Source of the DNA: an uncultured Candidatus Rokubacteria bacterium
Lineage (GTDB): Bacteria; Methylomirabilota; Methylomirabilia; Rokubacteriales; DASRDR01
NCBI GenBank assembly: GCA_963708025.1
Contig: CAVPSB010000021.1
Location: 1 to 64,000, forward strand
DNA: 64,000 nt
Direction of reading: 5' to 3'
Shown: positions 10,384 to 21,271 of the stretch, piece after piece
Layout: every line of letters begins with the position of its first letter
Position numbering within the stretch: position 1 is the stretch's first letter
Notes under the pieces: model-generated
What the model saw: only the letters and a program-made list of their open reading frames with translations
Databases searched by the model: none
What the model was told of the DNA's origin: nothing
Translations under genes and position numbers: made by a program

Positions 10384-11523
10384 TCACGGCTGGATCGCGC
10401 CCCACATCTCGCTGGTGCGGACCCGGTTGATCCCCGGTGCGCGCCCCGCGCCGGAGGGGCGGAAGAACGGTTCCCCTAGGACCTCCGCGCGGTAAGCGGC
10501 GAACAGCTCACCGGGGATGGCCGCGATGAGGGGCGAGAACATCTCCGGCACCCCCTCCGCCAGGGGGAGCAGGTGGGCGGCGACCTCGCGCAGGGTCGAG
10601 GCGGACGCGGGCGCGACGGCCACCACGCGGCGCCCGATGGCCTTGGCGGCGACGGCCGCCTCGGCGGCCCGGGACAGATCCCGCCCGCCCGCGGTGATGA
10701 AGAACGTCGGCGTGGCCGTGGCCCGGGCGAAGAATTGCAGATGCGCCCACTCCTCCGTGTCCTGCCCCACCGCCCCGTCGCCCGAGGCTTCGAGCACCTT
10801 GGCGGCACAGAACAGCGCCGTCGCGTAGTTCGGCCCGCCACCCACGAAGACGAACTCGGCCGCGTCCCGCCATTCTTCCGCCAGGGCGTGCGCCCCCGGG
10901 TCGCAGCCGTCGAGGGTCCGCTGGGCGGCGTCCGCCAGCGCCAGGATGTCGCGCCGCGCGGCGGTGGCGGCGCCCCAGTCGAGGTGGCCCCGGACCTCGC
11001 CGATGCGGACGGCCGTCAGGAGCAGTCCGAGCTGGCTCGCAAGGTAGGATCGGACCCGCGGTGTGTGCACGCCCGGCGGATCGGGAAACGGGGACGTGGC
11101 CGACAGGACGACCAGCTCGGCGGCCTCGGCCAGGCGGCTGCCGGGCGTGGCGGTGAGGGCCAATGTGCGGGCGCCCGCCTGCCTGGCCAGCCGAAGCGCC
11201 TCGGTCGTGCGCGCCACCTCCCCCGAGACCGAGACTCCGATCACCAGGTTCGTGCCGGGCCCGGTCGGCGGGAGGTAGCCGGCCGCGTAGCGGGCGAATT
11301 GCAGGGCACTCATGGGTTCGGTCGGCCGACCGGCCAGGGCTTCGAAGGCCAGCTCCGAGCCGAGCGAGGCATGATGCGAGTCGCCGCAGCCGGTGACATA
11401 CAGGCGCTTGACGGACAGGCAGAGCTTGTGGTCGAGCGTCTTCCGCACCGTGTCGTCGAGGACGGGGACCAGCTCGCGGATGAGCGTAGGCAGACTGTGG
11501 ACCTGGGCGACCATGGAGTTCAT
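10384..11523 (-). CDS. Double SIS-domain sugar-phosphate isomerase/deglycase/deaminase (GlmS C-terminal, FrlB/AgaS-like)
   Basis: TGCGDSHHA, VSVSGEVART, and second SIS domain GGGPNYATA...KVLE...EEWAH. Confidence 0.85.
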   Translation of the reverse strand: MNSMVAQVHSLPTLIRELVPVLDDTVRKTLDHKLCLSVKRLYVTGCGDSHHASLGSELAFEALAGRPTEPMSALQFARYAAGYLPPTGPGTNLVIGVSVSGEVARTTEALRLARQAGARTLALTATPGSRLAEAAELVVLSATSPFPDPPGVHTPRVRSYLASQLGLLLTAVRIGEVRGHLDWGAATAARRDILALADAAQRTLDGCDPGAHALAEEWRDAAEFVFVGGGPNYATALFCAAKVLEASGDGAVGQDTEEWAHLQFFARATATPTFFITAGGRDLSRAAEAAVAAKAIGRRVVAVAPASASTLREVAAHLLPLAEGVPEMFSPLIAAIPGELFAAYRAEVLGEPFFRPSGAGRAPGINRVRTSEMWGAIQP

Positions 11524-11575
11524 CGAAGACCGCGTCCTCGCCGGGCACAGGATGTTGATCGGCGTCAGGGTACCC

Positions 11576-11995
11576 TCACGCAGGATCGGCCATCACCCGC
11601 ACGAGCACCTTGCGCTGGCGCGGCCCGTCGAACTCGGCGAGCATCAGGCTCTGCGAGCGGCCCAGCGCCAGCTCGCCGCCTGACACGATGAGAGACAGGC
11701 TGGTGCCGGTCAGCGCGACCTTGATGTGCCCGGCGGCGTCGGCCGGCGTGTCGTAGGTGTGGTGGAAGTCCACGCGCGTCGGCACGAGGCGCCGCAATTC
11801 GGATCCGATGTCGGCGGCGGTGGCGGGGTCGCTGCCCGAGTTGATGATCAGCCCCGCCGTGGTGTGCGGCACGAACACGATGCAGATGCCGTCCGTCAGG
11901 CCGCTCTCTTTCACGGCGGCCTGGACCTGGTCGGTGATGTTCAGCAGGCTCTCGCCGGGTGGCGTCTCGAGCTGCACCGTGGTCAACCGCCTCAT
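11576..11995 (-). CDS. yjbQ: YjbQ / UPF0047 family protein
   Basis: FVPHTTAGL, AAGHIK and LGRSQSLMLAEFDGPRQR motifs. Confidence 0.9.
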   Translation of the reverse strand: MRRLTTVQLETPPGESLLNITDQVQAAVKESGLTDGICIVFVPHTTAGLIINSGSDPATAADIGSELRRLVPTRVDFHHTYDTPADAAGHIKVALTGTSLSLIVSGGELALGRSQSLMLAEFDGPRQRKVLVRVMADPA

Positions 11996-12502
11996 GGGCT
12001 CTCTCGTTTCGCCGGATTTGTGAGGAGCGGCTGCTCGGGGTCCCCTAGGCTCGGCCGCGCCGCGCGCCGGCGCGGGTGGCGCCGTTGATCGCCTGGACCT
12101 TGCCGAAGGGCACGAGCGCGGGGCGGTAGGTCAGAAGCCCGCTCCGCCCCGATGGTGCGCGACCGGCGCGGGCCGTGTCAAGGGCGCGGCCGAGGAGACG
12201 GCTCTGCGTGGCACTGGCCGCGCCCCGGACGCCGGCGCCGTCACGCGAGAGGGCCGGACGGACCCAGAGCTTCGTATGGTGCGGCGTCGAGGGCCGCTTC
12301 GGTCGGCTGATCCGTTGGCATCGAGCGCTGGGCCGTCAGCCCCGTCGCGACGAGTTCCCGCCATCCGTGCCCGCGACGAACACGACGAGCCTAAGGGGTC
12401 ACGACATTGGAAGCCCCGCGTACGCGAGGAATGGGGATCGAGAGCGGCCTAGGCCGAGGAGCGGTCGGAGAGTCTTTCCGTCACGCCCAGCCCGGTTCCG
12501 TG

Positions 12503-15500
12503 TCAAGTGGGGGGGCTGGCGGCTTCGGTCTTCAGTGCGAGCGTCACGGCGTGGTAGAGGGCATCGATCGCGGCGACTCGCGAGACGGCGTCTGGGACAG
12601 CCCCGGCTCGGCTGAGCCGTTCGAGCTCCGCGCACTGGGCCGAGAGGCCGGTCGCACCCAGCATCGCGCTCGTCAACTTGAGCGTGTGAGCGACCTGTTG
12701 CATGCCCGGCGCCTCGCCTCGGGAGGCGGCGTCACGGAGCCCCGCGAGGAATCGAGGGGTGCCCTCGAGGAACGTGTCTATGACCTGCCGCAGCGCTTCA
12801 GCCCCGCCCAGCTCCTCCCGGAGCTGCGCGAGCACCTCCCGGTCGAGCATGACCGCGGTGGCGGAGCTGTCGGTCGGGCCTTCGCTCGAGGTCGCGTTCT
12901 GGTTTCCTGTCGGCCGGCACAGACTGAGTGCGCGACTGAGCCGGTCCCGGTTGACGGGCTTGACCACGTAGTCGTCCATACCCGCAGCCAGGCACGCCTC
13001 GCGGTCGCCTTGCATCGCCTCCGCGGTCATCGCGATGATCCGCGGCCGCTCACCGACTGGCCAGCGCGCGCAGATCGCGCGGGTCGCCTCGAGACCATCC
13101 ATCTCCGGCATCTGCACGTCCATGAAGATCACGTCGTAGGGGTTCCGCGACAGCCGCTCGAGCACCTCTTGCCCTGTCGTGGCGACCTCCGCGTGATAGC
13201 CGAGCCGTTCGAGCAGCCGGAGCGCAACCTGCTGGTTCGCCGGGTTGTCCTCGGCCACCAGGATCCTGAGTAGAGAGGCCACCGGTGCTGGCTGGTCGGC
13301 AGGCGGGCCGGACACCGGATGGACGCGGCTCGGCAGCTCGCCGACGATCCGACAGAGCTGGTCGTGGAGCTGCGAGAGCTTCAGCGGCTTGGAGAGCACG
13401 GCTGCGAACCCAGCTTCCCGGTGCCCGGTGGGAAGCGACTGACCGATGGAGGACAACAGGATGAGCACGGGCAGCCGCGATCCCGGTAGCTGGCGAATCG
13501 CCTGGGCCAGGGCGATCCCGTCCATCACCGGCATCTGATAGTCGAGGAGCGCGATGTCGTAGGGGTCGCCCTGTCGGATCCACTCGAGCGCTTCGGCCGG
13601 CGTCTCCGATTCCCGAGCGAAGAGGCCCCACTTCTCCGCCTGGAGTCTCAGGATCCGGCGGTTGGTGCGGTTGTCGTCCACGATGAGGACTCGCTTCCCG
13701 GCCAGAAGCGACGGCGGCCCCGGAGGCAGGACCGGGGTGGGCGGCGGAGCCGCCTTGGCCACGATGATGAAGTGAAAAGTGGAACCCTTCCCGACCTCGC
13801 TTTCGGCCCAGATCCGCCCGCCCATCAGCTCGGTGAGGCGCTTGCAGATGGCGAGGCCGAGGCCAGTTCCGCCGTATCGGCGCGTCGTCGACGCATCCAC
13901 CTGGCTGAACGACTGGAACAGCCGATCGAACCGGTCAGCAGGGATGCCGATGCCGGTGTCGCGGACCGCGAAGTGGACCTCGTACCCTCGGTCGCCGAGC
14001 GGCACGGCCTCGACGGCGACGCCGATCTCTCCCGCGGGGGTGAATTTGACGGCGTTGCTCAGGAGGTTCACGAGAACCTGGCGGAGGCGGCCGACGTCCC
14101 CCAGGAGCGCCAGCGGGACGGTGTCTTCCAGGAGATAGGTGAGCTCCAGACCTTTCTCCTGAGCCTTCGGCGCGACCAACTGGAGGGACTCCTCCATGCA
14201 TTCCGGGAGGTCGAAGGGTACCTCCTCCAGTTCCAGCTTCTCCGATTCGATCTTGGAGAAGTCCAGGATGTCATTGATGACCGTCAGCAGATGGTCGCCG
14301 CTGGCCAGGATGGTCTCGGCGAACTCCCGCTGCTGGCCATTCAGCGAGGTTTCCACGAGGAGGGTGGACATGCCGATGATCGCGTTCAGCGGAGTCCGGA
14401 TCTCGTGGCTCATGTTGGCGAGGAACGCAGACTTGGCCTGGGTGGCCGCTTCGGCGGCGATCCGGGCACGTTCGAGCTCCGTCTCGGCGCGCTTCCGCTC
14501 GATGAACTGACCGACCTGGCCGCCGACGCCGTCGAACATCTTCAGTAGGTCCTCGTCGGGTTCGCGGATCTCCGGGCTGAAGAACTCCATCACCCCCAGG
14601 AACCCGCTGGGGCCGACGATCGGGAACCCGAATGCTCCGTGGAGCCCTTCCTTGGCCGCGTGCGGGGCCCGGGGAAAATTCGGATCGTGGATCACGTCGG
14701 GAATCCACGCAGCGGTGCCGCTCTTCCAGACCCGCCCTGGCAGTCCCACGCCAAGGGGGAAGACCATGTGCCGGTTGACCTCCACGAACTCGGCGAGCGT
14801 TCGGGGCGACGGCGCGATCCACATCTCAGCGCACCTGAGCACGTTCCGCTCGGCGTCGAGGCTCCACCGCGCCCCCAGAACCCAGTCCAGGCTTTCCCCG
14901 ATCGCCTGCAGGATGCGCGGCATCGCCGCGGCGGGGCTCGCCGACTCGGCCAGGATGTGGGTCGTCGCGTACTGGGTCGCCAGCCGTCGCTCTCCCGCCT
15001 TTCGCTTCCGGTCGGTCCGGTTCAGCATTCGCGCGGTGACCCAGACGAGGGTCGCGAGGACCAGGATGGTGAGCACGACGGCGATCGCCAGGCCGACTTC
15101 GGTCTCGTAAAACCCTGCCCGCTCGCCGACGAGCCTCAACCAGCCCAGGACCGCCGGGATGAGGACGGTAGCCGGGAGGAGCCGTCGCGCCAGGATGCCG
15201 CCCGCCTCGTCGCTCGTCACGACCACCATCAGCCCCTGATCGGGATGCGCGCACAGGATTCCCACGCCGAGCGCCAAGAAGGCGACCGCCGTCGGCAGCG
15301 CCATGGGAATGTAGCGGGCTACGCCGTAGAGTTCGCCGACCCCGTAGACGTAACCGAGGATAGAGGCCAGGGCGATTGCGGACGGGACGAGGACGACGAC
15401 CTGGGCGGACCGGTACCGGTGTCCAGGCTCCAGGAGAAGCAACGCGATCCCGAGGAAGACGAGGGTGAGGCCGGTGTTGGGCGCGATCCGGTTCTCGCCG

Positions 15501-15859
15501 AGCCTGTCATGGAACAGGATCTGATCCAAACCGAGATTCTCGCCGATTGCGTACCCCGCGAGGGTGACGAGGCCGATGAGCACGACGAGTCCGGCCGCCA
15601 CCGGCGCCGCCCGATTGTTCTCTGGCACACGGACCGATGCCGGCGGCTGGGAGAGCCACAGGGCACCCGCCGCCAGGACAAAGGCGAAAGCCGTGGTCGG
15701 GTTCATCGCGACCCGACCGGGCAGGATGGTCGTGAGGAGGGCGACGTCGAAGTGCCATGCGAGAAGGATCGCCCCGACCCCGATGACGACGAGAGCGCTC
15801 ATCGCCCGCGAAAGGGCGGTGAGGCGGGCGACCCGGCGCAGGTTGACAGCCGGTCTCAT
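12503..15859 (-). CDS. Hybrid sensor histidine kinase (multi-TM, GAF, HisKA, HATPase, 2 REC, HPt)
   Basis: About 7 TM segments, GAF GLPGRVW, H-box [14 protein letters not shown]-box [19 protein letters not shown], two receiver domains, and HPt AHTLK. Confidence 0.95.
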   Translation of the reverse strand: MRPAVNLRRVARLTALSRAMSALVVIGVGAILLAWHFDVALLTTILPGRVAMNPTTAFAFVLAAGALWLSQPPASVRVPENNRAAPVAAGLVVLIGLVTLAGYAIGENLGLDQILFHDRLGENRIAPNTGLTLVFLGIALLLLEPGHRYRSAQVVVLVPSAIALASILGYVYGVGELYGVARYIPMALPTAVAFLALGVGILCAHPDQGLMVVVTSDEAGGILARRLLPATVLIPAVLGWLRLVGERAGFYETEVGLAIAVVLTILVLATLVWVTARMLNRTDRKRKAGERRLATQYATTHILAESASPAAAMPRILQAIGESLDWVLGARWSLDAERNVLRCAEMWIAPSPRTLAEFVEVNRHMVFPLGVGLPGRVWKSGTAAWIPDVIHDPNFPRAPHAAKEGLHGAFGFPIVGPSGFLGVMEFFSPEIREPDEDLLKMFDGVGGQVGQFIERKRAETELERARIAAEAATQAKSAFLANMSHEIRTPLNAIIGMSTLLVETSLNGQQREFAETILASGDHLLTVINDILDFSKIESEKLELEEVPFDLPECMEESLQLVAPKAQEKGLELTYLLEDTVPLALLGDVGRLRQVLVNLLSNAVKFTPAGEIGVAVEAVPLGDRGYEVHFAVRDTGIGIPADRFDRLFQSFSQVDASTTRRYGGTGLGLAICKRLTELMGGRIWAESEVGKGSTFHFIIVAKAAPPPTPVLPPGPPSLLAGKRVLIVDDNRTNRRILRLQAEKWGLFARESETPAEALEWIRQGDPYDIALLDYQMPVMDGIALAQAIRQLPGSRLPVLILLSSIGQSLPTGHREAGFAAVLSKPLKLSQLHDQLCRIVGELPSRVHPVSGPPADQPAPVASLLRILVAEDNPANQQVALRLLERLGYHAEVATTGQEVLERLSRNPYDVIFMDVQMPEMDGLEATRAICARWPVGERPRIIAMTAEAMQGDREACLAAGMDDYVVKPVNRDRLSRALSLCRPTGNQNATSSEGPTDSSATAVMLDREVLAQLREELGGAEALRQVIDTFLEGTPRFLAGLRDAASRGEAPGMQQVAHTLKLTSAMLGATGLSAQCAELERLSRAGAVPDAVSRVAAIDALYHAVTLALKTEAASPPT

Positions 15860-15898
15860 GAGCTCGGCGGGGGGACCGCCCGATCCGACGGCCTTCCG

Positions 15899-17245
15899 TC
15901 ACGCCCCGCCGCGCGCGGTGCCGCGCCGCAGGAGCCAGGCGCGCACGCGCGTGCGCACGTACGTCGGCTTGAACGGCTTGGTCAGGTAGTCCGTCACCCC
16001 GGACTCGAAACCGGCCGTGGTGTTTAGGGCGCCGGCCTGGCCCGTGAGGAGCACGACGGGCACGTCGCGCAGCTCGGGGTCCGCATCGGCACGCAAGGCG
16101 CGTGTCACTTCCATGCCATCGGCCCCCGGCATCTGCCAGTCCAGCAGGATGAGGGCCGGTCTCTCAGCGCGGGCGATGCGGAGGGCCGTCTGGCCGTCAC
16201 CGGCGGTCAGTATCCGGAAACCCTCCGGCTGGAGCGTCAGGGTCAGGATCTGCACGACGGTGGGATCGTCGTCGGCGATCAAGATCGTCTGGGCGTCGCC
16301 GGGCGCGCCGGTCGGCGGCGCGGCGGGCGCACGCGGAGTCACGGCGCGGGAGGCGGCGACCCCCGTTCCCGTCAGCTCGAGGATCTGCCCTTCGGCAGCC
16401 GCGAAGACCTCCAAACTGCTCGGGGCGGCGCGGCGGCGGCAGATCTCCGCCAGCTGATCGAGTGCCGTGTCGTCACGCAGGGGGTCGTGATGGAACAGCG
16501 CCAGACGCTTGGCACCCGCGGCCACGGCATAGTCCACCGCCCACTCGGCCGGCGTGTGGCCCCAGCTGGTCCGCTGGGGATACTCGGCGATCGTGTACTG
16601 CGCGTCGTGGATGACCAAGTCAGCCTCGGCCAACCACGCCACGTGCCGCTGATCCTCTCGATGCACAGGCGACCCGCCGGCGCCGCGGGCGATGGGGCCT
16701 TCCGGATCTCGCCCGTGCGGCTCGTGATCGACGGCATACACGACGACGACGCCGTTGGCTTCGAGCCGGTACCCGAGGGCGAGAGCCGGATGGTTCAGGT
16801 ACTGGGCGACGACGCGCGTCTTGCCGATCTCGAAACTGCCCTCGGCGAGGTCGTGGAAGCGGATCGTGGCGCCGCACTGCGCCAGCGTGACCGGAAAGTA
16901 GGTGTACTGCATTTGCCCCGCGAGCGTGGCCTCGAGCTGCTGGCCGAGACCGCCTGGCGCATAGATGTCCCACTCGTTGTCACCGGCGAAGAGCGGAGCG
17001 AAGAACGGCAAGCCCTGAATGTGATCCCAGTGGGTGTGGGTGATCAGGAGCTGGCCGCGCAGCGGACGCTCGCCGGGGGCGGCCAGTGCGAGTCCCAGTC
17101 CGTACGCGCCGGTGCCGCAGTCCAGGACGATGAGGGCTCCGTCAGGCGTCCGCACCTCGACGCAGGAGGTATTCCCCCCGTACCGTAGTGTGGTCGGGCC
17201 CGGCCTTGCCAGGGAGCCTCTGGTGCCCCAGAACCGGACGAGCAT
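15899..17245 (-). CDS. MBL-fold metallo-hydrolase (putative phosphodiesterase) fused to a C-terminal receiver domain
   Basis: FWGTRGS...YGGNTSCVEV, THTHWDHIQG, WGH and LFHHDP. REC domain has ILIADDD, LLDWQMP and DYLTKPF. Confidence 0.9.
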   Translation of the reverse strand: MLVRFWGTRGSLARPGPTTLRYGGNTSCVEVRTPDGALIVLDCGTGAYGLGLALAAPGERPLRGQLLITHTHWDHIQGLPFFAPLFAGDNEWDIYAPGGLGQQLEATLAGQMQYTYFPVTLAQCGATIRFHDLAEGSFEIGKTRVVAQYLNHPALALGYRLEANGVVVVYAVDHEPHGRDPEGPIARGAGGSPVHREDQRHVAWLAEADLVIHDAQYTIAEYPQRTSWGHTPAEWAVDYAVAAGAKRLALFHHDPLRDDTALDQLAEICRRRAAPSSLEVFAAAEGQILELTGTGVAASRAVTPRAPAAPPTGAPGDAQTILIADDDPTVVQILTLTLQPEGFRILTAGDGQTALRIARAERPALILLDWQMPGADGMEVTRALRADADPELRDVPVVLLTGQAGALNTTAGFESGVTDYLTKPFKPTYVRTRVRAWLLRRGTARGGA

Positions 17246-17782
17246 GTCCGTCTCCAAGCTCGCGCGTTCGGGACGCGTCGATGAGGTGAGTGTCACACTT
17301 GAATTGCGGCGAAGTCAATGGGGCTAGCCAGATGCTACGTAATCGCTTGGAGGCGCTATTCTCGTGCAGTGTGCTCTGGCCCTCGTCGGCGGCGGGTCAC
17401 AGAAATACGTGGAAGATCAGAATGGCGCCGGCCAGCAGCACAGAACCGAAGATCTTCGGTAATCTCGGCCTGATACGAAACCTACAGGGGCACGGAAATC
17501 CCGATCGGCGCCCCCTACATCGTCGCCCCCCGCCGTTTGACGCCCGCCGGCAGCCGGCCTACACTGGCGACACTGGGCACGTGGCCAACACTGGTCTCTT
17601 CAGGGGGTGAACGAGACGAACTGGACTATCTCGCGAACGACCCAGCGGCTCGCCTGCATCGAACGGCGGGGCCTCGGTCCCGGAGTCGATGCTCCACCGC
17701 CCCATCAGCGCGCGCGCCGGCCACCGGTCCGCGAGCCGGCGGGGTCGGTGGAGAGCGGGACCCGGCCCGAGCGCCCGCCCAG

Positions 17783-20700
17783 GTGATCGAGCCTCACCGC
17801 GACCCTGGCGCTTCGCGCGTCCCGCCCGGCGAGGCCGAGGAAGGCCCCGAGCGTCCCGGGGAAGCCGACAGCGTCGGGCGGCCGCTCGATGACCCACGGC
17901 CGCCCGGCTCGTCCCTCCTCGAGCTGGACGAGGAGCGGAAGGTCGTGTCGATTCTGTTCGTCGACCTCGTCGGGTTCGCTGCGCGATCGGATCGGGCCGA
18001 CCCCGAGGACGTCCGGGCCACACTCCGGCCTTACTACACCTGCGTCAGACGAGAGCTTGCGCGATGGGGCGGCACCGTGGAGAAATTCATCGGGGATGCC
18101 GTGATGGCCATCTTCGGCGCTCCCGTGGCTCACGAGGACGATGCCGAACGGGCGGTGCGGGCCGGCCTTCGCGTCGTCCACGCGGTCCAGGAGCTGAACG
18201 CGACCGAGCCAGGGCTCGGACTGGCTCTCCGGGCCGCCGTCACCACCGGGGAAGCGGTCGTGGCGCGTAGGGCCAGGACGGTGGAAGGCGAGGGCATTGC
18301 GACGGGCGATGTGGTCAACACGGCGGCCCGTCTCCAGGTGATCGCCCCGGTCGGAGCGGTGGTGGTTGACGAGGTGACCTATCGGACGACCCGGCATCTC
18401 GTGGACTACGAGACGCTCGAACCCGTCTCGGTCAAGGGAAAGCCCGCGCCGATCCGGGTGTGGCAAGCCAAGGCCGCCCGCAGTCGATACGGCGCGGATG
18501 TCGCGCAGCCGACGCCCTCGCCCTTCATCGGCCGCAACCACGAGCTGGCGCTCCTGAAGGCCATGTACGCTCGCGCCGCGCGGGAGGCTTCGTTGCAGCT
18601 CGTCACGGTGACCGGCGAGCCGGGGATCGGGAAGAGTCGCCTGGTGCGGGAGTTCCGCGCCTTCGTCAACTGGCAGCCCGAGCGGGCGCGCTGGCGGCAA
18701 GGCCGATGCCTTCCCTATGGGGAGGGCATCACCTTCTGGGCATTGGGGGAGATCGTCAAGAGTCAGGCGGGAATCCTGGAATCGGACAGTCCACATGAGG
18801 CATCCGACAAGCTCACGGCGGCCATCGGTGCGATCGTGGACGATCCCACCGAGCGGGACTGGCTCAAGACCCGCCTGGCCTTCTTGGTTGGCACGAGCGC
18901 CCCCGGCGTCGGGGCCCCGGCCGAGCGATCCGAATCGTTTGCCGCCTGGCGGCGTTTCCTCGAGGCCATCGCGGCCGACCGGCCGCTGGTCCTCGTCTTC
19001 GAGGACGTGCACTGGGCCGGCGCCGAGCTGCTCCAATTCGTGGAACATCTCGTGGACTGGGCGGCCAGCCTGCCGTTCCTGGTCGTCTGCACGACGAGGC
19101 TCGAGCTCTTCGAGCGTCATCCGGGATGGGGCGGCGGCAAGCGGGACTCCACGACCATTTCGCTCTCCCCGCTCTCTCGTGAAGAAACGGCCCGGTTGAT
19201 CGCCGCGCACCTCTCCGAGGCCGCGCTCCCGCCCGAGACCCAGATCGCGCTCCTCGAGCGAGCGGGCGGAAATCCGTTGTACGCCGAAGAATTCGCTCGC
19301 ATGCTCAGTGACCGCGGGATGCTCGAACGCCGGGGACAGACCATGCAGCTTGCGGTCGGCGCCGACATCCCGGTGCCCGAGACCGTCCAGGCCGTGATCG
19401 CCGCCCGGCTCGACACGCTGCCAACCGAGCGGAAGGCGCTCCTCCACGACGCCGCCGTCGTGGGCCGAGCCTTCTGGGTGGGCGCGCTGGCCTTCATGAG
19501 CGGGCTCGACGAGCGCGCGGTGGAACAAGGCCTCCGGGCGGTCGCCAAGAAGGAGCTCGTGCGTCCCGTGCGGAACTCGTCGGTCAAAGGTCAGGCCGAG
19601 TATTCGTTCGGCCACCTGCTCATCCGTGACGTCGCCTACCAGCAGATCCCCCGAGCGGCGCGGGTGCGCAAACACCGGGCGGCCGCCGCCTGGATCGAGC
19701 GCCTGGCCGGGGACCGGGTGACCGACCACGCCGAGATCCTCGCGCACCACTACGGGCAGGCCCTTCAGCTCGCGAAGGCCGCCGGGCTGGCTGACGACAC
19801 GCGCGAGCTCGAGGCTCAGGCCCGGCGCTTCCTGATCATGGCCGGGGACCGAGCGCTCGAGTTCGACGCCCGGAAGGCGGAGGCCTTCTACCGGCAGGCG
19901 CTCACGCTCTGTCCTCCGCGTCATCCCGACCGCGCAGGGCTGCTCGGGAAGACAGCCGAGGCCGCCCTCGTCGGCGGCCGGCTGTCCGAGGCCCAGCGTG
20001 ACTTCGAGGAGGCGATCGTCGAGTTCCGCGCTCAGGGGGAGACCCTCGGCGCCGGCGAGGTGATGGTGCGGCTGGCCAGGACGTACTGGTTCCGGGGCGA
20101 GACAGACCGAAAACGGGCGCTTCTCGTGCAGGCGATCGACCTGCTCGAGCGCGAGCCGCCCGGCCGCGAGCTGGCCTTGGCCTACACTCACACCGCCGCG
20201 GACCACATGGTCGCCAACCGCTCCCAGGACTGCGCCGTGTGGTCGGAGAAGGCCCTGGCCCTGGCCCAGGAGCTCGGGCTCGATGCCGAGGGCATCCGGG
20301 CGCGTCAGCTCCGGGGGCTCGCGCGGTGCCAGCTCAGCGACGTGGGCGGAGGCCTTGCCGACCTGCGGGAAGCGCTTCGCCTCAGCCTCGATCTCGGGCT
20401 GGGAAACGAAACGATCCGGTCCTACGGAAACCTCGGCGACTGGGTATGGCTAGCCGAGGGTCCGGCCCGGGGCCTGGACGTCAAGCGGGCGGGGATCGAG
20501 TTCGGGGAGCGGCGCGGGCTCACCCTTCCGGTCATGTGGGCCAAAGCCGAGACGCTCTGGCCTCTGTTCGACCTCGGCCAATGGGACGAGCTGCTTCGCG
20601 TCGCCGGGGACGTGATCGAGTGGGACCGGCGACAGGGCGGGGGTCAGGTGACCGTCGTCGCGCTCACGTACATGGCGTACGTGCTCGTGTGCCGCGGAGA

Positions 20701-21271
20701 GCTGAGCCAGGCCCATGCCCTCGCCGAGGAGTTCCTGCCGCGCGCCCGGGAGATCCGAGACCCGCAGGTCCTCGTCCCGGCCGTGGCCGTTGACTCACTC
20801 ATCGAGCACGCGCGCGGCAACCGTTCAACGGCTGTCCGGCTGATCGAGGAGATCGAGGAGGTCACCCGGGATCGGCCGGTCTTCCGAGCCCGCCACCTGC
20901 CCGAGGCGCTCCGCGTGTGTGTGGCCGCGGGCGCGATCCGCCTTGCCGAGGGCCTGCTGGACACCAGCGTGCACCTCGCCGCCCGCCACCGGTATTCCGT
21001 GCTGACGGGCCGCGCCGTGCTCACCGAGGCTCGAGGCAGGCATGATGCGGCGAGCGCACTCTATGCCGAGGCGGCCGAGCAGTGGGCGGACTACGGGTTC
21101 GCGCTGGAGCGCGGGCAGGCGGCACTGGGGGCCGGCCGCTGCCTCGTCGCCGTGGGCCGGCACCACGAGGCGGCCGCCCGGCTGGACGAAGCCCGGAGGG
21201 CGTTCGACGCGCTCCGGGCCGCGCCCCTGCTCGCCGAAGTCGACCGCATCCTGGCGCAAGGCCTGACATGA
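17783..21271 (+). CDS. Class III adenylate/guanylate cyclase + STAND ATPase + TPR (start uncertain; frame open from 17537)
   Basis: LFVDLVGF, EKFIGDAVMA, GDVVNTAARLQ, Walker A GEPGIGKS, VFEDVHWA and GGNPLYAEE. Confidence 0.9.
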   Translation: MIEPHRDPGASRVPPGEAEEGPERPGEADSVGRPLDDPRPPGSSLLELDEERKVVSILFVDLVGFAARSDRADPEDVRATLRPYYTCVRRELARWGGTVEKFIGDAVMAIFGAPVAHEDDAERAVRAGLRVVHAVQELNATEPGLGLALRAAVTTGEAVVARRARTVEGEGIATGDVVNTAARLQVIAPVGAVVVDEVTYRTTRHLVDYETLEPVSVKGKPAPIRVWQAKAARSRYGADVAQPTPSPFIGRNHELALLKAMYARAAREASLQLVTVTGEPGIGKSRLVREFRAFVNWQPERARWRQGRCLPYGEGITFWALGEIVKSQAGILESDSPHEASDKLTAAIGAIVDDPTERDWLKTRLAFLVGTSAPGVGAPAERSESFAAWRRFLEAIAADRPLVLVFEDVHWAGAELLQFVEHLVDWAASLPFLVVCTTRLELFERHPGWGGGKRDSTTISLSPLSREETARLIAAHLSEAALPPETQIALLERAGGNPLYAEEFARMLSDRGMLERRGQTMQLAVGADIPVPETVQAVIAARLDTLPTERKALLHDAAVVGRAFWVGALAFMSGLDERAVEQGLRAVAKKELVRPVRNSSVKGQAEYSFGHLLIRDVAYQQIPRAARVRKHRAAAAWIERLAGDRVTDHAEILAHHYGQALQLAKAAGLADDTRELEAQARRFLIMAGDRALEFDARKAEAFYRQALTLCPPRHPDRAGLLGKTAEAALVGGRLSEAQRDFEEAIVEFRAQGETLGAGEVMVRLARTYWFRGETDRKRALLVQAIDLLEREPPGRELALAYTHTAADHMVANRSQDCAVWSEKALALAQELGLDAEGIRARQLRGLARCQLSDVGGGLADLREALRLSLDLGLGNETIRSYGNLGDWVWLAEGPARGLDVKRAGIEFGERRGLTLPVMWAKAETLWPLFDLGQWDELLRVAGDVIEWDRRQGGGQVTVVALTYMAYVLVCRGELSQAHALAEEFLPRAREIRDPQVLVPAVAVDSLIEHARGNRSTAVRLIEEIEEVTRDRPVFRARHLPEALRVCVAAGAIRLAEGLLDTSVHLAARHRYSVLTGRAVLTEARGRHDAASALYAEAAEQWADYGFALERGQAALGAGRCLVAVGRHHEAAARLDEARRAFDALRAAPLLAEVDRILAQGLT

